Origin: Flaccisagitta enflata
Lineage: Eukaryota
Reading direction: 5' to 3'
NCBI GenBank assembly: GCA_965153355.1
Contig: OZ231126.1
Location: forward strand, 1,984,001 to 2,048,000
Length of the DNA stretch: 64,000 bases
Every line of letters starts with the position of its first letter. Position 1 is the stretch's first letter. The notes below the pieces were generated by a model. It did no database searches. It worked only from the letters and a program-made list of their open reading frames with translations, and had not been told where the DNA came from. Both the position numbers and the translations under genes were made by a program. Positions 28,578-42,097 of the stretch are shown piece by piece.

Positions 28578-29992
28578 TTGACGGTATGTTTTCCCCCTCA
28601 TGTGCTCAAAACCCATGTACCCGATCGTTTTAGATTATCTTTATAATATTACTACCTAGAACTAAAGAGATTTGGGATTTTTGATCCATTTTAGGGACCG
28701 CGAGTTCCATTTATTTATCACCACTCCAAGGTGGTTGTGGTGAAAGTGTTGAAATTTGGTCACTTTGGGCTAAAAATCGGGCCACTTTGGTTTGGAAATT
28801 TGACCCAAAATCTTTGAGATTATGAAACTAGAGCTCAAGAGCTAACCAGTGGTGCAATCCGCATGTTGCTATCATTTTTTGTTAAGATTTAAGAGCTTTT
28901 CAAAGATGGAAGGGTATGAGGGTTATTTTACCAATTGAATTTGGTGGTCAATTTTGACATTTTTTACAATTTTTGATATATTTCCGCTTTGGATGGACAA
29001 ATCTGGATGAAATTGGTGACCAAATTGAAGAATTTTTGATGCTCTAACTGAATCTGGTAAAATTTTGGATCGATATGACCCTCAAAATTTTTGGGAGACT
29101 CTACAAGCAGGTGCTAAAAAGTGATTTTTTTCGCCATTTTGGCTACTTTGGTCAAAAAATTTGGGCACTTCTGAGATAGAAAATGACAAAAAATCAGTGG
29201 GTAAATAAAACTACTGTTCAAGATCTAACCAATGGTGCAATCGGCATGTCAATAGGTTAAAACATATAGATTTGGCAAAGCTTCAAAGATCAGTGGGTAT
29301 GATGAAATGACATTTTTTGGTCATTATGAGCCTAAAAGCTCTGCCAAATCTATATGCTTCAACATATCGACATGCCGATTGCACCATTTGTTAGATCTTG
29401 AACAGTAGTTTAATTTGCCCACTGATTTTTTGTCATTTTCTATCTTGGAAGTGCCCAAATTCTTTGACCAAAGTAGCCAAAATGGTGAAAAAAATCACTT
29501 TTTAGCACCTGCTTCTAGAGTCTCCCAAAAATTTTGAGGGTCATATTGATCAAAAATTTTACCAGATTCAGTTAGAGCATCAAAAACTCTTCAATTTGGT
29601 CACCAATTTCATCCAGATTATCTATCCAAAGTGAGATATAACAAAAAATGAAAATGTCAAAATTGACCAAACCTGGTAAAATACCTCATCTCCATCTTTG
29701 AAAGCTCTCAAATCTTAATAAAACATGGCACATGTGATTGCACCACTGGTTAACTCTTGAGCTCTAGTTTCATAATCTCAAAGATTTGGGTCAAATACCA
29801 ACTAAAATGGTAATTTTGAGCCCAGTGACCAATTTCAGTTTTCACAACCACCTGAGTATGATAAATGAAGGACTATATCCCAAAATGGATCAAACCAAAT
29901 CTCTTTAGTTCTAGGTAGTAATATTATAAAAGTAATAAAAAACGATCAGGTACAGGGGTTTTGAGCACATGAGGGGGAAAACATACTGTCAA
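28578..29992. mobile_element. 1.4-kb fold-back palindrome
   Basis: ttgacggtatgttttccccctcatgtgctcaaaacc / ggttttgagcacatgagggggaaaacatactgtcaa; ~50-nt loop near 29310. Confidence 0.8.
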
Positions 29993-30032
<40 letters not shown>

Positions 30033-30098
30033 CGTCAGTATACCATATTCTCCCAATTCTGGATTACCTTCGATCGTGATTCCACTTGTTCTGTTTAA

Positions 30099-30784
30099 AA
30101 ACAAAGCCAAGTTATGGCCAATAAGTGCGCCTCGCTTGATTAAGAATTTGTGAATTAACGTTTTGAATGCATGAATGAATGAATGAATGAATGAAAGAAT
30201 GAATGAATGAATGAATAAATGAATGAATGAATGAATGAATGAATGAATGAAAAACTGAATGAAAATGAGTGTGGTAAGTAGGGATGTGGAAGCGATTGAC
30301 CGCTTCCATTTTGGAGGATGGGATAGCTACTAGTATTTGAACTGCAAAATGGAAGCGGAAGCGCAAGCGCAAGCGGTGGAAGCGGCACTAAAATCCACCG
30401 TTTCCACATCCCTAGTGGTAAGGCATGAGAGGTGATAGGAATGAAGAATAACGACAGAATTGACCGTTTTGAGCGTTTTGAACGTTTGCGTTACCGACCG
30501 ACAGCCAGACAGACCAACCGACAGAGTGAGACGGACATGACCTCTTATAGAAATGCGAGGACGCACTTAACAAGTACCCCGGGGGTACAACGATGCGTCC
30601 ACATGCTGCTTAGCTTGTTAAGAATGATGCAATATTGCATCAATTATGTAGAATGATGCAATGACCTATCTTTTTGTGTGATTTCCTTGTGTTTTTATCA
30701 TTCTCAACTCAATCACCACGGACCGACGGACGGACCGACGGACGGACAAAGCCTCTTATAGAGATGCGTGGACGCATCTAAAAA
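30099..30784 (-). mobile_element. Two adjacent HINEs (taagtgcg and tagatgcg subTIR families); relatives at 49177-49638 and 59963-60179
   Basis: aacaaagccaag...gcgaggacgcacttaa and aacaagtacccc...gatgcgtggacgcatctaaaaa. Confidence 0.7.
30279..30414. mobile_element. 136-bp hAT MITE
   Basis: TIR tagggatgtggaa/ttccacatcccta, 8-bp TSD gtggtaag. Confidence 0.85.
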
Positions 30785-30898
30785 TGAGCGTTTTCTTTAG
30801 CACAAAAACTCGCGCTCTTGACATACTTTTTTCAAAATAGATTTCTCCAAATCGATAATAGATACAAGGAAAGCAACTCTACTGCAAGTTCAATTTGG

Positions 30899-31167
<269 letters not shown>

Positions 31168-32017
31168 AAAGAAATGGTCAATCATTTAGTAACCATGGCA
31201 AAAAAAAAAAAGAGTCAAATTATTTAGCTTATTTCTGCTGAACTGAAAATATAAAATATAAAAAATTCATGACCGTTTCAAAGGCGACGTTGCTGGTAGT
31301 TCAAGCTTAATTCATTAAGAAATGGCACAAGAATGAATGAAAACATTGCCATATTCAATTTTGCAATTCAACTGTTTTCAAAAGGTTTTGAAAAGAAGTA
31401 GTTCACTTTGACAAGCTCTAACTTTTTAACGGTTTGAGTTACAGATCTGGGATTGGTGCTGAATGAAAGAAACTTTAAAAATCTTTGAAAATACCCTGAA
31501 AAAAAAGTTCATAGATATTTTTTTTCTCTGTTTTTTTATGATCTAACGAAAAGGTACAGCTTGTTTAACGTGGCTTTTACAGTCTTGACCATCTGCCTTT
31601 TATCTTTATGTCATTTCTAAGCGAATAAAGGCTTTAAAGCTACAACAACCAGCATGGTCTCATTTTGAAGCTCTTTTGAAGAGCTTTAAAACGGTCATGG
31701 ATTTTGCTATGTTTTTCTCATTGGATGAATGTGAAACATTGAAAAACATTTTGTCTCTTTTTTTTCTTTCTTTTTTTTTTTGCTATAGTTTATAATAAGA
31801 TAACTATGAAAAAAATAGTGAATCGTATCGGAAATCGATATCTAGCTATATCTAATAATCGATATATAGCTATCTCTTCTTGTATCTATTGGACACGAGA
31901 ACTACCTAGATCGTGTAGTAGATCGTATCTAGTTTGTACGACCTATATCAGTGATTACTCATGAGCTAATTTGGCTTATTTTGGGTTACCTCAAAATATG
32001 CAATGCCCATATTGGGT

Positions 32018-33097
32018 AACAAGGCCGGATACACGGGCCAAGACGGTGCGCCGGGCGTTATTTATTCTTAGACCTATCCCTAGCTCTATCAGCCCTATCC
32101 CTAGCTCTATCAGACCTAACCCGAGCTATATCAGGTCATCCTATCATATTTCTGAATCATTTCCAGTGATTTTGCTTCTTTTCGAGATTTTCAACTCGAG
32201 CGTGACCGACCAACCGACTGACCAACCGACCGACCGACCGACAGACAGCTAGTTATAGAGGTGCTATGGCGCACCTAAAAACGGCAATTCCAGGGTCTGT
32301 CACCGACGTAATGTGCAGGTAGTATTTTTGTCTTATTTTTAGTCGCGGACACGCAACACTATAATTCACTTTTCCGTTCGTCGGTCCGTCGGTCCCTCCG
32401 TCGGTCCCTCTGTTACAAAGTTACTTTTTGAGATTTTCCGCTCCTGCCCACCCGTCCGCGACTAATGCTGCCGTGTAAACGGCCTTGTTTCCCAAAGCTT
32501 TTTTTTCATCGTCGGTATAGCCAACCCACTCTGAACAGCGGAGACCCTCTCATAGTAAAGGTAAGCAAAGTGCGAAACATGTTGTTGTAAGCCAAACAAA
32601 GCTGACTGCGATTGTCACGATTTGAGACACTTTCCGACCAACTAACTAAAAAGTGGTTTACAGAGACTCGTATCCGGTGGCTATAATCTGACTAAATTCG
32701 GTGATCAGAACAGAAGGAATTCTGGCAGGAGAGATCCTTATTGAACTGCAATTGACAATTCAGCGCTGCTCCGCCTGTCTGGCTTGCAAACAAGAAGAAA
32801 AAATATGCAATTTATTCCAAAATTCTCTTTTTAATAGAAAATAAGAAATCAAGGCTTGCAACATGTTCACTCATAAATCTCAATAATAGAAATCAATGCT
32901 TGCCACAAGTTCACTCATAAATCTCTTTAGTTGCGGACACGCAACTCTATAAGAGCCTTTGTCCGTCCGTCGGTCCGCCGGTCTGTCAGTCTGTCGGTCC
33001 GTCGGTCCGTGAGCACGAGTCAAAAAGTGTGAAAACACGCATTTCCGCCCCTGCCCACCCGTCCCAAACTGTTATTGGCCGTGTATCTGGCCTTGTT
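32018..33097. mobile_element. Three HINE copies (32018-32281 minus, 32335-32490 plus, 32926-33097 plus)
   Basis: subTIR/palindrome, GTCG microsatellite and ggccttgtt ends. Confidence 0.7.
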
Positions 33098-33745
33098 AAG
33101 AATGTTACTCCTTAGAGAAAAAAAATTGCTATAGCTGACAATGATAAGCGGTCAAAATTTTGGGATTCATGAGATTATAAAAATAATTACTGATTTTATA
33201 CTTTGTATTGCATCAAGGGATTTTCTAAGCATTTTAAGATATTTTTTGTAATAATATATGATCAGTTTCCTTGAAAAAGATTTGACAAGAAATCTTCAAT
33301 TTACCTGAAAAAAAAAAAACATTGTTACTCAAAGATGAAACTTACAAGGAACTAGATGCAAGTTTCTGTTTTTGTTTTGTTTTTTTCAAGGGTGTATAAA
33401 ACTAAGTCGCTTTCGACCCCCCCCCCCTGCCTTTGATTTTTGTCCCTGCAACACATTATGCTATGTTTTAGAATCTTTAATTTTTTTTTTTTACAAAACG
33501 AGGTTTAAAAAATGTTTTTATCATTTGGTACTGCCAAAAGTTTTATTTTCCTCAAATTTTCATCTTTTCTCTTTTTTCCCGAAAAAAGTGGCTTAAAAAG
33601 TCACGTAGCACGCGACTAAGATTCTTCTACGAAAAGTAGTCACTGGTCAGTATGATATGTTTATCTAGGAATTTCATCAGAATTGTGAATCTGTAAGTCT
33701 TATTCTATTTCATAAAGTTGGATTTTAACCGATTATGTAGCCTTA

Positions 33746-33839
33746 CTGGAGGATGTTCACGATCATTGCTTAAGCATTGCTTAGCAAGTCTTGAGCATTG
33801 CTAAGCAATGCTTAAGTAATGATCGTGAACATCCTTCAG
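33746..33839. repeat. 94-bp near-perfect hairpin (mini-MITE?) downstream of lectin gene 1
   Basis: ctggaggatgttcacgatcattgcttaagcattgcttagca / tgctaagcaatgcttaagtaatgatcgtgaacatccttcag; absent from the paralog near 55040. Confidence 0.75.
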
Positions 33840-34144
33840 CTGTCTGTAATTCTAACAACATTTTGTTCATCATTTGAGGGTTGTCACAGTCAACAGAGTG
33901 AGTTATCAACCTAGTGTTTTTTCAACTGACAAGGGGCTGGGCGAAACCCTTGCAGTTTTTGGTCAAAAATTTGAAATCGATTCACAATCTCACTAATTTT
34001 CATTTAGATTTTTCATTCTTTTATGAGTTTTTTCTTGTCGATATATTCTTGAGCAAGATGGTATGTTGTTGCTTGTCGATATACCTATGGATATAAGCTA
34101 GATAGTATGTGTGACGCTTTCACAGTTCTGAATAGTTGCTATAA

Positions 34145-34449
34145 TCATTTACATGCTATCCAGTTAATTCCTATTTCATGCGGTACATTGTCGCGGCTCC
34201 ACACCTTAACGTAAACAATTCCATGGGTTGTATTCTGTGCGTCGGCACCGATAAACCAGCTCCAGCTTGGTTTTGAAGAATCATTGGTTGTGTCATAAAA
34301 GGAGAGAGAACCGAGGGCGGCACTGACGGTGGGTCTGCGTGGGAAAGTTATTCCAAAGGGAAATACTTCCTCGATAGAGTCCGTCGTGTTTAAGGCAGGA
34401 TTTTCGGCGACGTCGAATCTTATAAAACTTGACACACATGTTTTTCCAG
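34145..34449 (-). CDS. Terminal exon, probable H-type lectin domain (lectin gene copy 1)
   Basis: Acceptor ttttttgtttcag, phase 1; FGITFPRRPTVSAAL...D...AQNTT...VKVWS...INWIACK* fits the H_lectin pattern (F..PP.V..L..D...A..T...V.W...WIA); paralog at 58628. Confidence 0.75.
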
Positions 34450-34770
34450 CTGAAACAAAAAAGAAAACACATCAAATGTGACGGGAGTGTTCACGATCAT
34501 ATATTGCTATCATATGATACAGGAACAAGGTCAACAAACCTTAGTCGCGTGGTAATTAGGGTTACCAAGGTAATAAGGTTTACTAAAGTAATTAAGGTAT
34601 AGTTTTCATATAATTCACAATCTTAACAAAATAAGTCACATATTTACATTATAGCATAATAACATAATACACTGTGTATCCTGCGAACTACCAGGACGTT
34701 TTTCACATTACTCTGGGTTTTTCTTTTGTTCGATATAGACCACACGTGCGGTCAGGGGTCTTTTTCTCAC

Positions 34771-34836
34771 CATAATTGTTTGGGTGATTCCCTCCATTTC
34801 CACCGCCACCACCATCGATCAAACGCTGAGTGCGAT
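34771..34836 (-). CDS. Exon of lectin gene 1, Gly-rich linker (D)RTQRLIDGGGGGNGGNHPNNY
   Basis: Acceptor tttgcctctag, donor g/gtgag, 66 nt symmetric phase 1. Confidence 0.7.
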
Positions 34837-34948
34837 CTAGAGGCAAATCAATCAAAACCATCTTCTACTAGTTTCGCACACGATGATATATCCAGACATC
34901 TTCATTTAAAAGCAAAATAACGGTTTGACACACATTCAAGCACTGACG

Positions 34949-35124
<176 letters not shown>

Positions 35125-35171
35125 CTTTCTAGTTCCTGCTCAAAAAGAGGTTATTTTACTAATTTAGTTAC

Positions 35172-35288
35172 CATCAAGAACTTTCAAATGATTTTCTATC
35201 TTTTGAAACCGTTTCCCAACTTCCGTAAGGTCGACTTGAACTGGGTAGATGTCCTTCTTGGATGGGTTTGGCTTTGGGTGTGCAGTAT
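35172..35288 (-). CDS. Exon of lectin gene 1, (D)TAHPKPNPSKKDIYPVQVDLTEVGKRFQKIENHLKVLD; heptad/coiled-coil neck
   Basis: Acceptor tttgtacag, donor g/gtaact, 117 nt symmetric phase 1, open frame. Confidence 0.72.
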
Positions 35289-35864
35289 CTGTACAAACGT
35301 AATGTGGCTAAACTAAAGGCGCGTTTCCACTGACATCAACTGTCACAAATGTAACAAATGTAGCTAGCGACCGAGTGACCTTTTTGAAACACGATTTTCC
35401 GTAAGTAGAAACTGGCCCTGTGTATGACTGTAGTGATCAGGTGTGTCAAATACGGGCGATGACTGAGTTTGAGACCATAACGCTGACGCAAGATGGGGCT
35501 GTTGATTTTAAAACAATCACCATTTTTCTTTTTCTAAAATTCAATCGGCAACCCTTTTTATTTCGCGATCGAGATCTAATGCAATGTCTGCAATCTCGTT
35601 CACCAAGAAACAAATTTATGAACCATTTTACTATTTCATTGAATTTGATATAATTTACCAAAATACTTTTCTGTGAAGCTTTAACGAGGATAGCAACATT
35701 ATGATACCAATAATGGCGACTCTCGCCGACTGGAAAAAAGTCGTAAATGGGAGTTTTTTTTTCTGTGCATGTTCTTCTGTGTGTGCATCTTATATCTGGT
35801 TGACTGATTGTCTGTTTTTTTATTCAATCTCTGTCTCTCTCTGTCTTTTTTTCTTCTTGGCCTT

Positions 35865-35944
<80 letters not shown>

Positions 35945-35946
35945 TC

Positions 35947-35993
<47 letters not shown>

Positions 35994-36392
35994 CAAAAAT
36001 GCAAAAAACAATTCAAAAATTCATAACGCCAAAATTAACAATTGTAGAGACTTCTGGTTGGCGCTATTTGAAAGAGAAAAATCAACTTTTTCTTAGCTGT
36101 GAATATAAAAAAATGTATACCCCCAGCCCCAAAACCGCTCAACTTTCAAAATTTGTCAAAAGCCGAAAAAAAAAACTTTAATTCTCCTCTACGTTTCAAA
36201 AAGTCGAATTACGTAATTCGACTTTTTTCCAATAATTGGAATTCCCCACTTCTCAAGGCAAAGGATGAAAAGTTGAAAACGTGATTATAACGTTATGCAA
36301 TTAGGGGCAAAACAGGGCTTTTAGAAACGGAAGATGACAGAAATTTGTAAAAGGAAAAATGGTGGAGGCATTTAAATGAGTAACCCCATGAT

Positions 36393-36699
36393 TAGGGTGG
36401 TCCCGAATTGGGTCAAATTTCATGTACTGATATACTTGAGCCCTTTGCACAAATGTCCAATAAAAGAAGGATTTCTCACAAGCTGGGGTGTGAAATCAAA
36501 CAAGAAACCTTGTCGGCAAAACTATAGGGTTGCTATGGAGATTTTTCTATTGCCATAGAAAGCCTATAGTTTTGCCGCCATGGTTTAATCTTCAAATTCA
36601 GACCTCTACTTGTGGGAAAACCTTCTTTTTTGGTACATTTATGCAAAAAACTAGAGTATATCATTTTTTGAAATTTGGCCCCATTTCGTGACCACCCTA
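36393..36699. mobile_element. hAT MITE (other copies 48102-49011 and 54194-54588)
   Basis: TAGGG...CCCTA termini; 8-bp TSDs cccatgat, cctctcat and gtgtatat respectively. Confidence 0.85.
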
Positions 36700-37097
36700 C
36701 CCATGATGCCCTAGCGTTATACTCTCAGGGATTAATGTTTTGCATATTGACACACCCGACTGTAGTGAGTGTTTTAGGTAATAAAGATAAAGATAAAATC
36801 ATCAGTGGTAAACGTGAAAGGACGTTCATCACAATGTTCCGTCTTTCAGACACTTCTGCGCTGCTTTTCTGTCACAAATTTCATGAACAAAAAATAGTGA
36901 CAGAAAAAAAATCTACAAAAAGCAAAAGAAAACATACATCCAGTTCATTTTACTTCAAAGAATTTCACTTTCCATGTTTCATGTCTACATTAAAAAATTT
37001 ATGGGAAATCTGTGTCTCTTTTATGCCTACAGAGTACAAAAATAAATCTGGCATGAAGTCACCTCCAATTTTCCTGCCCTGCGTCATCGAAATTCAC

Positions 37098-37211
37098 CTT
37101 GTATCGTTTTCGTGATTGTTTCCAATTTCGATTCCATAGATGTCTCCAGACGTTTGAGATGCTCGCTGATGCGATCGAGAATATTTCCTTCGGCGGCGCG
37201 CAGAGCTGCTT
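37098..37211 (-). CDS. Exon of lectin gene 1, (E)AALRAAEGNILDRISEHLKRLETSMESKLETITKTIQ; coiled coil
   Basis: Acceptor atttcag, donor ag/gtgaat, 114 nt symmetric phase 1, heptad-spaced hydrophobic residues. Confidence 0.72.
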
Positions 37212-37732
37212 CTGAAATTCAGATAGATCATCTTTTACTATCTCTACCTGTCAAAGCTATCAAATTTGTCTCGATTGTCAACTATTGCGTGATGAGACTT
37301 TTCCAGAATTTTGAATCATCTACCAGTTTGTTAGTAAAATGAAAATGTGTTGTAGAAATATTACCTCCGGAACAAACGCAACAGACTAGCTGATTACTAA
37401 CAAGCTTAGTCTCCTAGGTTCTCCAAGGTTAGGCCTAATTAGGATGACCCGTTGGATGGTCAATGACACTTTTCGGCAATCATCAGGAAACTTTTTCGTC
37501 CATGTCAGTGACGTGTTATCTATGTCGTTTGATATCTGGTCAATTCTAAATCTGAAAAAAATTGCACTGTTTTTTTTCTTCGGATGTGCCCTATCCCGAA
37601 TTCTTCGTTAGCCTTTTTTCACTGCCCCTGTATAAATTATATTCTCACGCGACTTGGGCATCCGGCCTGTTTCAACTCAAAATCAACACAAAGTTTCTTC
37701 TTTTACCATTTCTATGCAAAACAATGTCAGAA

Positions 37733-38023
37733 AAAAAATAAGCTCAAATTTGGCTTATCGGTCCCCACAGAACCACCGCCCACTGTCTTGAGACCGCAAG
37801 ATCCCACAGAGACAGGCAGATGCCAGAAATGCTGCTTAAGGAGGAAGCGTGGCTAACCAAACCGCTACTCCGCTCCGCCATCTGGGACGCAGCACTTTCC
37901 ACATTGGGCACGGAGCGGTGCCTTGGATCCCAGGCCGGGAAAGCTCATGCCTATTTGCAGGATCGAACCCGCATCCTTCTTAAGGGAGAGCCAGCGCGCT
38001 ACCGCTGAGCCACCACGCGCCCC
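37733..38023 (-). mobile_element. tRNA-derived SINE in an intron of lectin gene 1
   Basis: Head GGGGCGCGTGGTGGCTCAGCGGTAGCGCG (A box) and GGTTCGATCC (B box), T-rich end, about 12-bp TSD aaacaatgtYaga on both sides. Confidence 0.8.
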
Positions 38024-38055
38024 TAAACAATGTTAGAATGGACAATTTTTATCAC

Positions 38056-38139
38056 CTTCATCGTTGAAGAATTCGTTGTTCATTCGTCCATCTGAGGAAA
38101 CGTCTTTGAGATCATTTGTAATGATGCGGTTCCACTGGG
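38056..38139 (-). CDS. Exon of lectin gene 1, (x)QWNRIITNDLKDVSSDGRMNNEFFNDE; start/signal-peptide exon not located
   Basis: Acceptor tatttctag, donor ag/gtgata, 84 nt symmetric phase 1. Confidence 0.62.
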
Positions 38140-38563
38140 CTAGAAATAGCACCAAAAAGATAATTCTTGACAACATTTTTGTTCAGATGAGAAAAAAAAT
38201 TGACCACGAAGGTTGTACGGTTATAGGGTCGAATAACAGTACTGACCAAATCTAAGCTCTTGTTTTTGTTATTGCTTTCATTTTCAAATTAATCCCCGCC
38301 TTTGTTAAGGCTGGTAAGAACGCTGGTAAGAAGATTTTAACTGGACATGGTTACAAGCTGCATGTCAAACAAACGATACATCTATTACATATATATCTAT
38401 ATATTTATCTATATATATCTATATTATTCCTATATATACTTGTTTTTGTATTATATAATTTGTATTGCTTTAATGCATTTTATTTCTTTTTTCGTTGCTT
38501 CAGACATCTCTTGATTCGCTTCATTGCGAAACATGTCAGATTAATGACATTTTCTTTTCTATA

Positions 38564-38646
<83 letters not shown>

Positions 38647-41600
38647 GATTTATTATTATCTATTATATACTCTTTTTCTCTATTCCGTATTTCCTGATTA
38701 TTGCAAGTTTGGATATCTTTTACAGCGTTAGTGGATTCTTCTAGTGACGACAACAAACCGCGATCGTTCCCGTAACGCAAGACACGTTTTCAATGTGAAC
38801 ATGGATGGATACCGGTGTACACTTACCCCGGTTCCATCCATCCATATAATGGATGGATTACGGTAAATTTTCGTGCCATTTCCCTTTTGTAGTAAAAATG
38901 AAAGTATCTATCACACCCATCAAAATGGAGCGGTCAATCGCTTCCACATTCCAAGAATATATACTCGAGAATATCATCAGTTTCATGAGGGAGTGAGCGA
39001 AGTGTGTGAGCGAGCTCGTGAACAGAGTAAACAAGCGGAGAAAGTGAATCTCAGCTGTGCGCGGGGGGAACAAGTGCGCAGAGTGAGCGGTATGAGCAAA
39101 CATAGCGAGTGACAATGTTAAACTTAAAGCGCGAACCTCTGTAGTAGAAAGAGGCCCAAAGGATGGTTGCATGGGTCATAGAAGGGGGAAGCGAGAGCCC
39201 AATGTGCTTCTAAAACAAGGCCGGATACGCGGCTACCCATGTCGCGTGCGGATGGGCAGGGGCAGTGATGAAATTGACCAACCATGCAGTTGGGCAGGTG
39301 CAGTAACCTCAAAGCCGCCCACAAACGCTAAAAAAAGCTTTGCGTGATGGACTGACCTACCAACCGACAGACAGAGCGGGTTGTAGAGTCGCGTGCACGC
39401 GACTAAAAATTTTTAGTGAAAAGTAGTAAGTTTTTTTTCTGTATTTAAGTGTAGCGTTGGGGTGTCATAACATGAAACTAGTAAAAATAAAATCCCCGCG
39501 CGCTTTTTAAGTAATTTTTCAATGTTCGACCTACTTTCAATGCAGATTCTACTGAGTTGTTTTAATTTCATTTTTTTTAATTTCATATTGTTATCCCTTG
39601 CAAAGTTCCCTTTCACTACGCCCTGTATGGTTTAATTGCTTGCTTCGCATTGCAAAAAATTTGATTTTCTTCTCGATCCGCTAACCCAATATGGAGTGAA
39701 AAAAATCATGAAGATGACCGTTTTCTTTTTCTCAAAATTCCTTCATCTTCCGTTTTTGTTTTGGCCTTAAAGTTTACTCAGATTTCCCAGAATTCAGCAA
39801 AATCCTGTGTAGTCTTGTTACAAAAGTAACAATTGTTAGTTTTAGAAAACTATGATTTTTGTAAAAATAAATTAAAATATCAGAGCATAAGTTACGTAAG
39901 AGCTTGTGAAAAAGCAGGTTAACAATTCTCTAAATAGCTGAAGTTTATAAAAGCTAATTCAGGTAGATCAACACACTTTTTTATCCCACTGCAATATACA
40001 AATTAGGCTCTCAAAAACAATTTTCTAAAAAACGGAAGATGGACAATTTTTGATAAAAGAAAAATGGTAAGGGTCCTAAAACTGCCCACTCCACATTAGG
40101 TAAAGAGGATGAAAAGAAATAAGCAACTTTTGCTATGTGAAGCACCCAAATGGTTTAATACCGAAGTAAAGTTTTCATTTTTTGAGCCATTGCTACTTTT
40201 TTGTACTGTAACAGAATGAAAATTTAAATTCTTTACAATCATTTAGAGTGCGACCTATCAAATGAAAGGAAATTTTGCATAGATTAACAAAATGGAAACA
40301 AACGAGGCTGGATAAGCGGCAGGACAGTCGCGGACGGTTGGGCAGGGGCGGTAATGCAAAAACCACTCGCAATCTAATAACGCTACAGGACGGACGGACG
40401 GACGGACGGACAGACACGGCAAGGTGTAGAGTCTCCTGTCCGCGACATAAAAATGGGTTAACTTGCCTTAGAAGTGTAAGGCGCCGGAAATGGACTGTGT
40501 GGAGGCGCCTCATGGAAATTGTCACAAAGCGTTAAAAGACTTTGGAGATGTGACAATCGCCTTTGATTAACATACGCTAAATATTTAGTGCACACGATCA
40601 TTCTATACTCATTGCATGTGTAGTTCATTACTGTCGCTTCGTTTCATTTGATTTCATTATCATTTAATCACGCTGCAAGTTGCTTATACACATATGGATT
40701 TCCTTTGTTTCCCATCCTATCTAGATTGTCTAGTTGGACCGCTGCACTAAGGGCCACGGATTGCGCTAGAGGGCTCCTTGGGTATTTGGGTGAAAATTTT
40801 CATCTCTGCTATATGGCTCAAACTAAGTAGAATGGTCATGGTAGTATTTGAACATACATTACCGGTCCATATGACAGGTTTTACGGCAATTTAGAGTGAA
40901 AAAAGGCGACCTAAATGAACATTCCTACGAAAAATGCTAAATTTCAAGAAAAATCAATGAATTTTTTGGATTATCAGTTAAGATTAGAAAAAGCTCATGA
41001 TATCTTCAACATTAGATTGGATTCCTTCATTAATGTATAAATGTCTAGAAAAATTTAAAAAATCATTATTTTTTACATTTTTAGCACTATTAGATTAGTC
41101 TACTATTAGTACATATTTGACCTAATTTGCATGCTTTTATTACCCTATAAATATAAAAAATCGCACAAGGACGCACAATGAGCCACCTATGCCAAAACGT
41201 AGTTCAAGGGGTCCTGAATCCAGAATGCTATGGCTCAAGGGGGCCTTCGACGTCCAAATTGCGATTTTCTTGGTCTAAAATGGACAAGTAATAAAGTGGA
41301 TAAAAGTAAAAATCTATATTTGATTGGAAGAAAAATGAGCAAAATGAGCTAAATGAGCAAAAAAATGATTTTTTTTGAGCACCTTATAAAGGAATCTTAT
41401 TGATCAAAGACAAAAATTCAATTGATTTGGTCAAAACATTAGACAATTTAGATACTAAATTAAAGAGAGTTTAGCAGTATTTTTCACTTTATTTTCTCAA
41501 ATTTCTCTTCTTTTGTACTCTAAGCTCATAAAGCTCTTTATCCAATAGAAATGAGTCAATATTGGATATAAATAGTTTCATAACATTTGAAAATATGCAG

Positions 41601-42097
41601 AAAAATGTTTTCACTCTGTATATTTCATAAGGAACAATATAATGGAAAAGATGTAATGTTAATCCCCAATGAGCCACCTAGCGCACCATGCAGCCCACAG
41701 TGCGCTGGGTCCTTAGAAGGAGCATTATTAACAATCACTCTAATTACTAAAGCCGTTGTTAACAAACATTATCTATCGCACGTGCTAATCATTAGTGGAC
41801 ATTGTGGGTTGGGCTGTCCCAATCTACCAGCAGCATTCTCCATCTTCGCTTGCTTATTTGTTGTTGCTTTCTGTCCTCTGTGTAGGTGTGCACGCATATC
41901 ATCATTGTCACGCTTTGCATGGAAACACTAATCATACCTAATACTAATTAACGTTCACTAAGTCTTAACAACCGATGTGCAATACTCTAGGAGCGGCATT
42001 CGATCGTCCACACACAATCTATCGATCGGCAGGCTTCTTGAAGTGAGAGGTTACACCATTCCACCTCTTACAGAAGAATCTGTATTGAAGATGGGTC

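Noticed and set aside
37365-37389. Micro-exon ending in gag/gtaat on the minus strand
   Set aside because: 25 nt breaks frame; the 21-nt alternative has a weak acceptor and is not needed for the model.
37955-38023. Functional tRNA gene
   Set aside because: A and B boxes are present but I could not fold an acceptor stem or anticodon arm; it continues into a ~220-bp body with TSDs, so it is a SINE.
39413-40525. Signal-peptide or first exon of lectin gene 1 (KKRAGILFLLVSC; MRRLHTVHF...)
   Set aside because: No combination of ATG, hydrophobic core and phase-1 donor could be supported.
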